64,000 bases of DNA, from the NCBI GenBank assembly GCA_051294905.1, contig CM119383.1, positions 22,196,001-22,260,000 of the forward strand, given 5' to 3'. This DNA comes from Botryllus schlosseri (lineage: Eukaryota). Positions 1 through 11,227 of this stretch are shown here, piece after piece. The first letter of the stretch is position 1. The number at the start of each line of letters is the position of its first letter. The notes under the pieces are model-generated. The model searched no databases, was not told the DNA's origin, and worked only from the letters and a program-made list of their open reading frames with translations. Both the position numbers and the translations under genes were made by a program.

Positions 1-330
1 GCGCGGCTTTCATTGAAAACGCGCCAGCTGGGTGGGGGTGGTAGCGCGGTGTGTTTTTGCGCATCCGCGGCTGGTCAGGGGGTGGGGGGTGGTAGCGCGA
101 TGTGTTTGCGCGCATCGCGCGGACGGATTTTTCGGTTGTGCGCGGCTTTCATTGAAAACGCGCCAGCTGGGTGGGGGTATAGTAGCGCGGTGCGTTTATG
201 CGCATCCGCGGCTGGTCAGGGGGTGGGGGGTGGTGGCGCGATGTGTTTGTGCGCGGCTTTCATTGAAAACGCGCCAGCTGGGTGGGGGTGTAGTAGCGCG
301 GTGCGTTTATGCGCATCCGCGGCTGGTCCC
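1..330. repeat. Short tandem GC-rich repeats containing an imperfect hairpin (GCGCGGCTTTCATTGAAAACGCGC) and G-tracts, upstream of gene A1
   Basis: The motif occurs at 1, 140 and 251, each followed by CAGCTGGGTGGGGGT; it recurs at 38764 upstream of gene A3. Confidence 0.85.
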
Positions 331-634
331 GCCGTTTACCCGATTTTTTTCCCCAAAAAAAATCAAATATTCAAAAAAATTTTTTTGCCCAAAAAATCTG
401 AAATTTTCGAACCCCCCCAGCCGAAGTTTTGAGTCTCTAGGACCAGCCATTTTAGCCATTCTACCATGCTACAGTATAGGACCTGGACTTATGTGTACCC
501 AAGTCGTTTTCGAGTCACGGTCGGATCAGTGAGCTTGAGTGTCCGGGAATGAACCGAGTGGGAGTGAACCGTTCTAGAACTTTCTCGGAATATGGCGTGA
601 CATCCTGTTCGTTTTCGTCTTTTCAGATATCATT

Positions 635-1252
635 ATGGAAACTTACTGCTATTCCTTTGACCGTAACATTGAATTGACCATTTACTTAACCAATCGAGTG
701 GTCACCGTAAATTTTCTGCTGAAGAAAAACTTTCACGCGCGCGGTGTTGTCTTGACGGACTCCAAAGTCACGATGAACGAGGATGGCAGGCTAATTTATA
801 GGAATATGCAAAAGTCGCCATTTTATCGGAACATTTATCTTCCATCTACTCTGCCCGTCATATCTGACGACTTTCATTCTGCTCGTCAGACGAATATAAC
901 CGAGCATAACGGCAATGTCATCCTGTGCACAATGTTTCAGGGGCGTTGCACAGTTGCTGCCGTTATGCTACGTCAGCACTTTAAAGCGGAAACCGCCATT
1001 TTATATGACGTGCAACACGCCCTTATGAAATGCGGTTTGAAGCGATATGTCCCTCTCGGCATTGAACGCCCGCCATATGATGATGAAGTACCAGGGACGG
1101 TGAATGGAAACCAGCTCCCAGTATTGTTGGTCCCTAATCCTGTACTGCAGGCGTTGCCGGCACCGCCAGCTGGAGCGGTGATCCGCACCCTAGACGGCGC
1201 GGCGGAAAGGCCGAGGCGCGAGAGCCGGGCCCCGGACCGCTTGAATCTTTGA
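635..1252 (+). CDS. Unknown protein, family A paralog 1 (205 aa)
   Basis: Intact ORF after a pyrimidine-rich CAG (626). Colinear with 2160-2777 and 38933-39553 (shared TIY..R.V, PF, DFHS.R, RPRR..RAP.R..L). Confidence 0.85.
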   Translation: METYCYSFDRNIELTIYLTNRVVTVNFLLKKNFHARGVVLTDSKVTMNEDGRLIYRNMQKSPFYRNIYLPSTLPVISDDFHSARQTNITEHNGNVILCTMFQGRCTVAAVMLRQHFKAETAILYDVQHALMKCGLKRYVPLGIERPPYDDEVPGTVNGNQLPVLLVPNPVLQALPAPPAGAVIRTLDGAAERPRRESRAPDRLNL

Positions 1253-2159
1253 TTTACAAATATTATGCCGAATAATTTCGTTTTCGATGCTTTGAAGTTG
1301 ATGTCACGCCAATTTTTATGTATTTTTATGAACGCTTTTACTATTATTCACTTTAGTTAAGTTAAGTTAATTGCATTTTTTTGGCCACCTTTGCTACTAT
1401 CATGTATTGCCTTTAGTGTCGTCTTTATTTTATGTTGGCCAGTTGGTTCCGATATTCGTCATTGTTTTATGTTATTATCAATACCATTTTATCGCTTTTA
1501 TCTTTCTGTAGGTCTTATCAACTGTCCATCGCATTTCTTTTAATCGCTTCTTTGTTTTTCAGATCATATTATGAAAGCGTTAGCGTACACGTGTTCTGAA
1601 ACACTAGTTAACCACTGATATGCGCCTTGAACAGAATGGGGCAGAAAAAGGTCGGTGTCAGCTCGTCGGAACACTGCGACGGTGTCAAGCCGGGATTTCA
1701 GTATATACGATTCTTCGTGAGAGAAGAAGTACTGTGTAACAGTACGTGAACTTTAGTGAGCATTGCGTTGTCGATCACGCCGTGCTTTCTAAAGCTTTAT
1801 TTACTGTTACATAATGTCACAATTCTAATATTAAATAGTTCTGTATAAATTGTTTGTGCTTACGAGGTCATGATACAGTGTCTTGTCTGTCTTGCATATG
1901 CAGTTCTGAGTTGTACGTGCAAGGTTTGGCAAAACACTGTTTCGTTACATGGGTTCCGGTGTAGGGAAACTTGCTGGTATGTGTGACTATCCACACTTCA
2001 AAGTGCATCAACCTGTTACCCAGGTTTATGTTCCGTGAAGTCAGCATAGTGATACGAAACATCGTAATTATCGTCGGACGTACTCGAATTAAAGTTGCGC
2101 ATCATGCGATCATTTACATAGCATACTGTATTTTCATATTCGGTTTTTCAGAATTAAAA

Positions 2160-2777
2160 ATGGAGCCTATTATCAGTTGCTATGATAACAATATCACTTT
2201 GACCATCTATTTGCCGAACCGTATGGTGTCGGCAAATCTCTTAATGAAAGACGGTTACTTTGCGCGCTGGGTGATCAACAGTGACACGAAAGTTGTTAAA
2301 AACACAGAAGGAGAGCTGAAGCTGAAGGTCCTGCCGGAATGCCCTTTCCACGCCAACGTATCCTACCCGCCAAATCTTCCATATTTGGCGGATGACTTTC
2401 ATTCGCCGCGGCAGCAGACATCGGTTCAACACCAGGGAAATCTGTTTCTGTCAACGATGTATCTTGGAAGGAAGACGGTCGTGGGATTGATTTTCCACGA
2501 CGAGTTCCAAGTTTGCCATCATGTTTATCATGACACTAAACTTTTCCTCACGCCATCTGGGCTAAAAGAAAAAGTCAAGTTGGCCGTGGAACGGCAGCCT
2601 TTTGATAAGCCTGTCATTCCAAGAGACCGCAGCGGACGTAGACCGGTTTTCTACGTCCCAAATCATGTAAGGAAGCCGCAACCGCGAAAGCCATCTGGTG
2701 CGGTGGTGCGCGTGCTAGAGGGTATGGCGGCAAGGCCGAGGAGATTCATAAGGGCGCCATTGCGGATGGACTTATAG
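2160..2777 (+). CDS. Unknown protein, family A paralog 2 (205 aa)
   Basis: ATG at 2160 (MEPIIS) aligns with the starts of A1 and A3; the longer ORF-track start at 1971 has no homolog. About 40% identical to A1 by hand count. Confidence 0.85.
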   Translation: MEPIISCYDNNITLTIYLPNRMVSANLLMKDGYFARWVINSDTKVVKNTEGELKLKVLPECPFHANVSYPPNLPYLADDFHSPRQQTSVQHQGNLFLSTMYLGRKTVVGLIFHDEFQVCHHVYHDTKLFLTPSGLKEKVKLAVERQPFDKPVIPRDRSGRRPVFYVPNHVRKPQPRKPSGAVVRVLEGMAARPRRFIRAPLRMDL

Positions 2778-2941
2778 TTAATAAAATAACTTTACTTTCG
2801 TTTCATATAGTTTCGTTTTTCTCTCGCTTTTTTAAGTATTTTGACATCCAATTGTATGCTATCGCTATTACGTTTTTTTCAACTGTGCTTTACATTAATC
2901 GCATGTTTCTTTCTAGGTCTTATTATCATAGCGTTAGTGTA

Positions 2942-3382
2942 ATGGCTAAATCTAACTCTGCGGCCGGCGAAGGCTACTTCGAGCAGACTGTATATCGAAT
3001 TGACGACTTGCAACATCCTGAGTTGGTTAAAGTCGAAACGAAGATTTTACCGATTCCTGCTCATTCTGAACCTGAACCCGAACCGGTTCCTGATCCAGAG
3101 GACCCAAATGCTTATCTCTTGATACCAGCCGACCTGAACCGCGAAGGTCGCAAAACGCTGATAAGTCCTGAGCAATATATGGCTTGGTATGAAGAAAGGT
3201 TTCCTGGTCAACAGGAGAAGGTCCAGAATGAAGGTGATCTTTTCGAAGGGTCGCCTGTACAAGCCTTTTCGGAATTTCTGAAGGATGGCAATGGAGGAAA
3301 CCTCTCCGAGGAGGTCAAAGAGACGACGCCGAAAAACCAACATGGCGAAGCCACAAAGTCAACGGCGTCTGCTGAACAATGA
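2942..3382 (+). CDS. Unknown acidic protein, family B (146 aa)
   Basis: MAKSNSAAGEGYFEQTV... is homologous to 40226-40643; preceded by TTTCTTTCTAG at 2916. Confidence 0.7.
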   Translation: MAKSNSAAGEGYFEQTVYRIDDLQHPELVKVETKILPIPAHSEPEPEPVPDPEDPNAYLLIPADLNREGRKTLISPEQYMAWYEERFPGQQEKVQNEGDLFEGSPVQAFSEFLKDGNGGNLSEEVKETTPKNQHGEATKSTASAEQ

Positions 3383-3718
3383 TTGAGACCAAACAAAACA
3401 TGCAAATTTTTTTCGTCGGCATGAACTCAAACGTTACTTGTGCTTTCTGTTTCTTCGAATTTTTGTCGTTCGATACGCATTTGTCTTAGTTGTCGCAGTA
3501 TTTCTGGCGTTGTAAAAATTAGTAAAGTATGTCTTCAACTATACTACATTTCATGAACTTGTCTGTGATATCTCCTAATTTGCGTTTACGGTAACATCAT
3601 CCTCAATTTGTATGTAATCTAGCCGTATCAACTCTGATCACTTTTTATTTCGATAGCGTTGTTTTGCAAATGTTTAACAGTCGATGTTTTGTTTCTAAAA
3701 CAGTACAGAAACCTAAAA

Positions 3719-4971
3719 ATGTCTCATAGAACTCCGAGTAAAAGCCCTTTCGGAAAGGAGAGGAGGAAGAATCCTGATTTCTCCGTCGATTGGTATCAGC
3801 ATTTTCCGAAAGATTACCTGAGGCCTTACGGCCGGTCTGTCATTCCGGAGGACGTATCCGACGAATCTATCAACAGTAAATTGCAGACCTTTAGCTGCGA
3901 ATGGTTAACAAGGCCGGCAGTTGCAGTGTCCGAGTTTGCCGAAACGCTACTTCGAAATCGCAACACGAAGCCTGCTATCGAGGATATCATGGATCCGAGA
4001 GCTTTTCAACACTTCCACGCTCATCTCAATTCCGTCATCAACGAGGTGCGTCCTCTGTGGATAAGCCCAGCGAACCCGGCTGGCGAGGCGACTCTTACTA
4101 AAGAAGACTTGTCGGCAAGGTTTGAACGTCTCGAAAGTTTGATGATGCAGCAAAAGTCGTCGTTCCTGGATCGATATATTGATATCATGGCCGATTGCGG
4201 ACATGCCATGTATGTGACCGCGCTTCATCTCAAAATGATGTCGTTCTTGATGCGGAACAAAGACGCATGGGCCCTTCAATTTAGATCCCATCCCGATCAC
4301 GAGGACTTTAAAAAGAATCCGAGCGCTCGGTCTTACGCTGAAATAGTCTTTACTGGATATATGATCAAAAAGGTTTCAATGCAGCGCCCATCGAGACACC
4401 GGCGAGAAGAAGCATTTCTGATTTCATGCTGGACGAACCGTCTGTGCCCGTGGGTTTGTCGCAATCACTTCCTACGCAAGCTACTGTTTCTGCCTCTGCT
4501 CCGTTTCCGTTTTCAGGACCTCCGCCATCTTCCGTTTATGTTCCCGTTTCTGTTAATTATCCGGCACCTTTTTATCCACCTCCACCTTCCGTACCAGTTC
4601 GCATTGCAGTTTCGGGAATGGTTACTGCGCCTTCCCTTGTTTCTGCGCAAGTCCTAACAGGTTCTCGAATGGCTGCAGGTGCGGCAGCGGTTTCTGGTCA
4701 AGAAATTCGAAGTCCGGCAGTGGTTTCAGCGGATCCTCTACGATTGGCGCATGCTCGTCCGATGATTCGAGTTCCGGTTACGTTGCAATCGGATACCGCA
4801 GCAGTTAGAAATGTTGCTGGAGCGGCGGTTGAGGACGAAAATGTTCCATGCTCTAGTGGCAGCGTTCAAAGTCAGCGTGCGTCTGCCGCTGTGAACAAGG
4901 ACAAACGAAGCAATACTGACAAGGCGGGAAAACCAAAGAAGAAAAAAAAGAAACGTGTAACTCAAGAATGA
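3719..4971 (+). pseudogene. Family C paralog C1, copy 1, frameshifted
   Basis: Nearly identical to the intact 417-aa ORF 40979-42232, but has 5 A instead of 6 A at 4367-4371, splitting it into ORFs 3659-4657 and 4426-4971. This could be a homopolymer sequencing error. Confidence 0.85.
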
Positions 4972-5120
4972 ACTGACGTGTTTCATATGTCGTTGTGTTT
5001 TTGTGATTTGTCAAACTTTAACTTTCATTTTCTTGTTCGTTTGTGATGCTTTCGTTAATTTCCTTCGTTTCTTGTTACAGATTATTAATCGTAGAACTTT
5101 CACTCTAACTGAAATACGAT

Positions 5121-5840
5121 ATGAGCAAGCAATCGAAGACATCGTCAAGCCGTCTGCTGTTGTCTCCAGATGATGTTTCACATGCGAATAGGATCGTTGC
5201 CGACCTGCGCAAGATATTTCCTGACATGCGTCTGGACCATTACTTATTGCGATTCAATTGTCGTCCCACCAATGTTCACCATCAATTGCTCATGTTGGCT
5301 CTATACCGAGAGATGACCCGCCATCAGGTATTCGTTACCATGATTACTGAATCGTTACGACCTGCGGTAATATTGCCGCAGGATGCGTTGCGTGGCAGCC
5401 GTAGTACTCAAACGTTAACGGCGTCACTACCGACTGATCTGAATGCTTTTCTGCATCGATCCGCTTCTCCGGAGCTTCCAGTATCTTCGCACCTTTCTGT
5501 ACAAGTGCAGACGTCTCCTAAAGCGGAACGACGTTCGTCATCTAATGACCTGCTCAAGGCTGAAGAGCACGATGATGTACCAACGGTTTCAGTTATGCCA
5601 CGGAAACGTGTTAAAGTCGAGAGAAGTTGTCAAACGGAAAGTGATATCAGTGGGATGTCCCCGTGTGCATCGAGCGAATCGAGCGAGTCGGACGCATCGG
5701 ACGAATCGTCTCTGCCGCGTGCAATTGACGATTCCAGCAGTCAGTCAGCGGCTGTATGCGAACACCAGAAGCGGACCGCCACTAATGCAGCAGGAAATCA
5801 AAAGAAAAAAAAGAAAAAGTCTGTGACCTGTTACATGTAA
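5121..5840 (+). CDS. Unknown protein, family D (239 aa), Ser-rich, C-terminal poly-Lys NLS-like tail
   Basis: Intact ORF; near-identical copy at 42382-43077; acceptor-like TTTCTTGTTACAG at 5080. Confidence 0.8.
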   Translation: MSKQSKTSSSRLLLSPDDVSHANRIVADLRKIFPDMRLDHYLLRFNCRPTNVHHQLLMLALYREMTRHQVFVTMITESLRPAVILPQDALRGSRSTQTLTASLPTDLNAFLHRSASPELPVSSHLSVQVQTSPKAERRSSSNDLLKAEEHDDVPTVSVMPRKRVKVERSCQTESDISGMSPCASSESSESDASDESSLPRAIDDSSSQSAAVCEHQKRTATNAAGNQKKKKKKSVTCYM

Positions 5841-6162
5841 CATTTTAAAGTTGCGATGCGTTGCTCGTCGATAATGTCATCTCTAACTTTCGTCCATCTT
5901 CATTATCGTGTGTTACGTTCGTTATTTCGATCGGTTGCTTGCCGCTTTTTGCTTTTTAATGTATCTTCGCTATGCTTTAGCTGATTTCATTTCTCTGTTG
6001 TCGCATCGATTTATGTGTGTCATATGACCGGCAACGTTCGTTACTTCATGTGTTCGTTCAGTGCAGATTGATAACTGTAAATACTCGTGTGTTTTGCGAG
6101 TACTAACAGTTTCACGCTATTCTTTATTTTCCAGATAATACAATAACATTCTGATAGCTAAA

Positions 6163-7392
6163 ATGTCGTATAGAACTCCGACGAAGAGCCCTTCCGGAAA
6201 GGAAAGGAGGAAGAATCCTGATTTCTCTGTCGATTGGTATCAGCATTTCCCGAAAGATTACCTGAGGTCTTACGGTCGGTCTGTGATTCCGGAAGACGTA
6301 TCCGACGAGTCTATCAACAGTAAATTGCAGACCTTTAGCTGCGAATGGTTAACAAGGCCGGCAGTTGCGGTGTCCGAGTTTGCGGAAACTATACTTCGAA
6401 ATCGCAACACCACGCCTGCCTTCGAGGATATCATGGATCCGAGAGCATTCCAACAGTTTCACGCGCATCTGAATTCCGTCGTCAACGAGGTCGGTCCTCT
6501 GTGGATAAGCCCAGCGAACCCGGCTAGCGAGGCGACTCTTACTAAAGAAGACGTGTCGGCGAGGTTCGAACGCCTTGAAAGTCTGATGATCCAGCAAAAG
6601 TCGTCGTTCCTGGATCGATATATCGATGTCATGATCGATTGCGGACACGCCATGTATGTGAGTGCGCTTCATCTCAAAATCATGTCCTTTTTGATGCGGA
6701 ACAAAGACGCATGGGCCCTCAAATTTAGATCCCATCCCGATCACGAGGAGTTCAAAAAGAACCCGACCCCTCGCACTTACGCTGAAATTGTCTTTACTGG
6801 TTACATGATCAAGAAAGGCTTTAATGCAGCGCCGATCGAGACCCCGGCTAGAAGACGCATTTCCGATTTCATGCTCGACGGTCCATCATCCTCGTTTGTG
6901 GCGGCGGGAGTCGTTCCAGATGTTCGATCTCCTGTTTCGGGTCAAGTTCCGCCAGGTCCGGTTTCGTCTCAAACACAGGCACCAGTTCGTCTACAAGAGC
7001 ATCGTGTCGCTTATCCTGTCGTGCAGATACCTGTTCCCGTTCAGGTCACGCATCATTCACAATCCCCTCTTTCTTCCGTACAGTTGCCATCGGTTCCGGT
7101 TACTTGTCCTGTACAGAATGCTGCTCAAATGGTTCCGACACTCGTTCGATCAGATACCGAGCCGTATGTACCTGCTAGTCAAACCGTCAGGGAAGCTGCT
7201 CCTTTGTCGACTAATCAATCGGTGTCGTCAACATCTGTTCCAAGTGCTGCATCTGATGAGGAGAACGTACCATGTTCCAGTGGTAAAGTGCAAAGAAAGT
7301 CCGCATGTGTCGGCGAATCCAAGAAGCGAAGCAAAGTTGACAAGGCGGGAAAGCCAAAGAAGAAGAAGAAGAAACATATCATTCTGGAGTGA
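6163..7392 (+). CDS. Family C paralog C2, copy 1 (409 aa)
   Basis: N-terminal ~240 aa closely match C1 (WYQHFPKDYLR, SCEWLTRP, HPDHE.FKK), followed by a different Pro/Ser/Val-rich tail ending KAGKPKKKKKK. Near-identical copy at 43414-44643. Confidence 0.9.
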   Translation: MSYRTPTKSPSGKERRKNPDFSVDWYQHFPKDYLRSYGRSVIPEDVSDESINSKLQTFSCEWLTRPAVAVSEFAETILRNRNTTPAFEDIMDPRAFQQFHAHLNSVVNEVGPLWISPANPASEATLTKEDVSARFERLESLMIQQKSSFLDRYIDVMIDCGHAMYVSALHLKIMSFLMRNKDAWALKFRSHPDHEEFKKNPTPRTYAEIVFTGYMIKKGFNAAPIETPARRRISDFMLDGPSSSFVAAGVVPDVRSPVSGQVPPGPVSSQTQAPVRLQEHRVAYPVVQIPVPVQVTHHSQSPLSSVQLPSVPVTCPVQNAAQMVPTLVRSDTEPYVPASQTVREAAPLSTNQSVSSTSVPSAASDEENVPCSSGKVQRKSACVGESKKRSKVDKAGKPKKKKKKHIILE

Positions 7393-7717
7393 TATCGTAC
7401 GCATATCGTATTCTTGCATTTGTGGACTCAGTTTCGAGCCGTAAATTTCCCTACCTTCCATACTCATGTCGTGTGTTACGTTTAGTAATTCTTTTACGAT
7501 TATTACTGAAATGCTTCGTTGAACGCCTGTTACTTTTTCGTTGTAGTATTCGATTTAAACAGCTTTTCCTTCATAACGTATTTTGTCTTAATGTAAATAT
7601 TGCTTCAATTCGTTTTGTTCTTTTTCCAGTTGCTAGTTACAGTTACCTAATGTTACAAGTCATGTGATCTACTTGAAGGTTCATACCGAACACCACATCA
7701 TATAGAGACATATCATA

Positions 7718-7915
7718 ATGTCTGGCAACACAATTATAATCGATCCGGAGGTGAGTTTCCATTTCTTTAATGTTTCTTTTGACAATGCAATGTTTGTGTC
7801 GTACAGGCCTCGTCTAGGCGTGATGCAGAAGTGGCCCGTTCCGCCGAGAGGATGGAGCGGTCTCGTATCTTAGCTCGTGCTTATTTCGGAGGCACGTTGC
7901 TACCGGAAGCCGATC
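7718..7915 (+). pseudogene. 5' remnant of RepHel (exon 1, intron 7751-7806, start of exon 2), truncated by deletion
   Basis: Matches 44969-45166 (MSGNTIIIDPE|ASSRRDAEV...), then switches abruptly to sequence matching 52751 onward. Confidence 0.9.
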
Positions 7916-7982
7916 CCATGTGTCCAATATCATTCCTCACTAGCTGATACGGCTTCCGCAATGGTAACAACATTCTATAGAG

Positions 7983-9530
7983 CAGGGGTCACCAACACGC
8001 GGCCCGCGGGCCGCATGCGGCCCGTGAGGTCATATTTTGCGGCCCGCGGCCGGATTTGGAGAAATGTTGGAAGAACGCTCAGCGAACCATGCCGAAATTG
8101 ATTTCAGTTTAAACATATTGTTGTTGTTGTTCAAAGTAAGCCATGTTACTGTGCCCAATATCACTGTTCCTTCGGTTCGGCATGGTAATATCATTCTATG
8201 CTGGAGGAATAATTTGCTGATATGAATGCGCATAATACCTTGGCGTGCAATGGCCAACCACTGCCAAGACCGGGAGGCTTGATAAACGACTTCGGGCTCT
8301 ACAAGAGACCATGCTTTACGGGTAGATAGTTTTCCAGCAAATAGGCTACCTTGCCTATAACTAACCCCAATATCGATTCTTTAATCCCGGGGCGGCCAAT
8401 CTGCGGCAGTAGAAGAAAAATTATGCGGTCGTCGACACTCAATTCAATTAGGATGTGTTAGCGGCTGTCAATAATATGCGAATTTAATTTACGAATTGAC
8501 TTCCTAATTAATGAGAGATTTGAAATATTCTTGAAATTTTATTCGCGCCGCGCGCGCGTCATTGCGAGTTCATTTTTGATATTAATATAGCAGTGTCCAT
8601 TGTAATCTGAGCCCCACCGTACAGATGCGAACAGCAGAGAAAAATTATGCGCCCCATAAAGAAATACCAATAAAACCTCATCCCGAATTATTATTTTTTT
8701 CTGGTAGGCCTGCGTTTGGGCGAATCCAATATATTTCCAGTATAACAATTCTAATGGGAGGTCAAGAAATACCTGCATGCAGCATAGGAGACTAATGAGA
8801 ATTGGCCCACTCAAAGATGCACCACAACAATATTAACCTCTCCAAGTTTTTGAAGACACCCCCTGCATAAACTCTACCGGTGAATCTGATCACATGGGCC
8901 GAGAAAGGATGAATTTTTGATAGTAATATGTGAAACAATACTGATAATACATTGACGAAATCCATTCATGAACATTTAACATTTTTTGCGCTTCGCGCGA
9001 CTACTGTGTGGGAATCCCCGTTGCTCATCTTCACAACATGACTGTATTCACGATCTCGGTGCCCATAGTAAGCCGATATGAGTAAATTGATTTGTCCGGA
9101 TTGTACCAGCAATGGACATGAGTTTAATATAGATATTTGGCCCCAGCTTGTTTATTACCACTATGCACCGGAATGCGGCCGCGGGCTACATGAGTAATCG
9201 AAATGCGACCGTGAATAGCAAAAAGGTTGTCCACCCCTGTTTTGGTTGCTACACAGAGGTTGTCAGGTATCGTGCGCAGCTCATCGTTCAAAATATAATG
9301 AATTTGAGGAGCATGATATTTTTTTGTATTTGCGTTTGTTCAATAAAATATCATTCATTTTGTGGTGACTATGCCCGTCACCCATGTAAGAGAGCATTGT
9401 ACTTACGCAGAGTTATCACACGTGATTGATAAGCTGCGTTGTGTTAATCTCGATATTGAAGTCATGCGGCCCGCGGCCTCTAGGAATTTTGAAAAGTGGC
9501 CCGCGACCCATTTTGAGTTGGCGATCCCTG
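7983..9530. mobile_element. hAT-type non-autonomous DNA transposon
   Basis: Imperfect TIRs CAGGGGTCACCAAC / GTTGGCGATCCCTG with an exact 8-bp TSD CTATAGAG (7975-7982, 9531-9538); 8-bp TSDs are characteristic of hAT. Confidence 0.85.
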
Positions 9531-11227
9531 CTATAGAGGAAGAATTTGCTGATATGAATGGGCATATTGCCTTACGTGGAATGGCCCACCACTGATTACC
9601 GATTCTTAGAAAACGACTTCGGGCTCCCCCGAAGACCGAGCTTTACAAGGAGATAAGTTTTCCAGCAAGTTTTCCAGCAGATTCCGTTTTCCAGCAAATC
9701 CCGTGTTTAGCTAACCTCGCCGCTATCGATTCTCTAGTTCACGGGTGGCCGATCTGCGGCACTAAATTCGATTGAGATGTTTTGGCTGCAGTCAATATGC
9801 AAATTGAGTTTACGAATTCACTGCCTAATCAATTAGAGGTCTGGAGTATTCTTGAAATTTTCTTTGCGCTACGCGCGGTTCAACCCGAGTGGAACTTCGA
9901 TTTTAATACAGTGTCGTGTCTGAGCCCCACAGTTCATATGCGAACATCAGAGGAAATGATGGCCCCATAAAGAAATAACAATTTGTAATCGTGTTCGCAT
10001 CACGAAGGAAACTTGTTTCTGGAAGGTATGCGTTTGGGTGAATAAAACATTTCCACTATAGCGACAACCCTGATGGGAGGTCAATAAATAACAGTTGGTC
10101 CACCCAAAGATGCAGCACAGAACTATGAACTTCCTTAAATTATCGAAGACACCCCCAGCGTAAACTCTACCGGTTAATCTGATCACACAGGCCGAGAAAG
10201 GATAAACATTCGATAGTAACATGTGAAACTATACTGTAAAATGAGTAACATGTGAAACTGGAGTAACATGTCAAACTATACTGTAAAATGAGAAACTACA
10301 TTGATACTAATATGACGAAATTCACTCATGAAGACGAAAAAATTCTCGCGCCTGGCGCGACTAGAAAACGAACCCCCATGGCTAATTATAGCATGACAAT
10401 GTACGATTTGCGTGCTCATAGTAGATAGTATAAATAGATCAGTCGGGACGGACATATACATTAAGCCCATTTACATGGCCGTTTGGGTCAGCTTCTCGTT
10501 TTTGAAAAAGAGAAAAAGGCAGACGGCTTCAATCCGTCTTGAGAGCTCAATCCGTTCCGCAGAGTCGCTTGGAGACGGCTTGAACAGTACCGGTACTTGA
10601 AAACGAATCCAGACTACAGCAACATACCAACATTTCATGTTCATATTTCACGAAACCGGCACGTATTTCAACTGGGTGAATGTGAAAGCTCTATCAGTAC
10701 ATGATACTGCTTTTATAATATGCACGTGGTCTTATTTGTTCAGCGTCACAACTTATGAAGCGAGTACAGCCAACAATATAACTTACCCAACTCACTGTCA
10801 GAAAGAATATATATACGGTGTATTTGGTCAATCTAGAACTGTGTTGAAGGATTTCTGGATATCTCAACTTCCGTAGCATATTCCCGAGCTGAATCCCAAA
10901 GTGCTGTGTACCACTCGAGATGCGATAAACATGACCATGTAATTCGATCACTTTGGCAAGCCGTCTCATGACGTCACTCCAAGACGACTTGGCTTCAAGA
11001 CGACTTGACCATGTAAATGGGCTTCATGACAGTTCAACGTAGGTATTCAGCTTCCAGTCAACTAATTACGACTATGCACTGGAATACGGTTGTAGGCTAC
11101 TGCACTGGAATGCGGCTGTAGGCTACATACATAAGTAATTGAAATGCGACCACGAATAGCAAAAGGTTGGCCACGAGCACGCCTGATTCAATTGCTGCCG
11201 AGTGGTTGTTGTGCTGCCGAGTGGTTG

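Noticed and set aside
13-532. ORFs 13-432 and 32-532
   Set aside because: Translations of the GC-rich tandem repeats.
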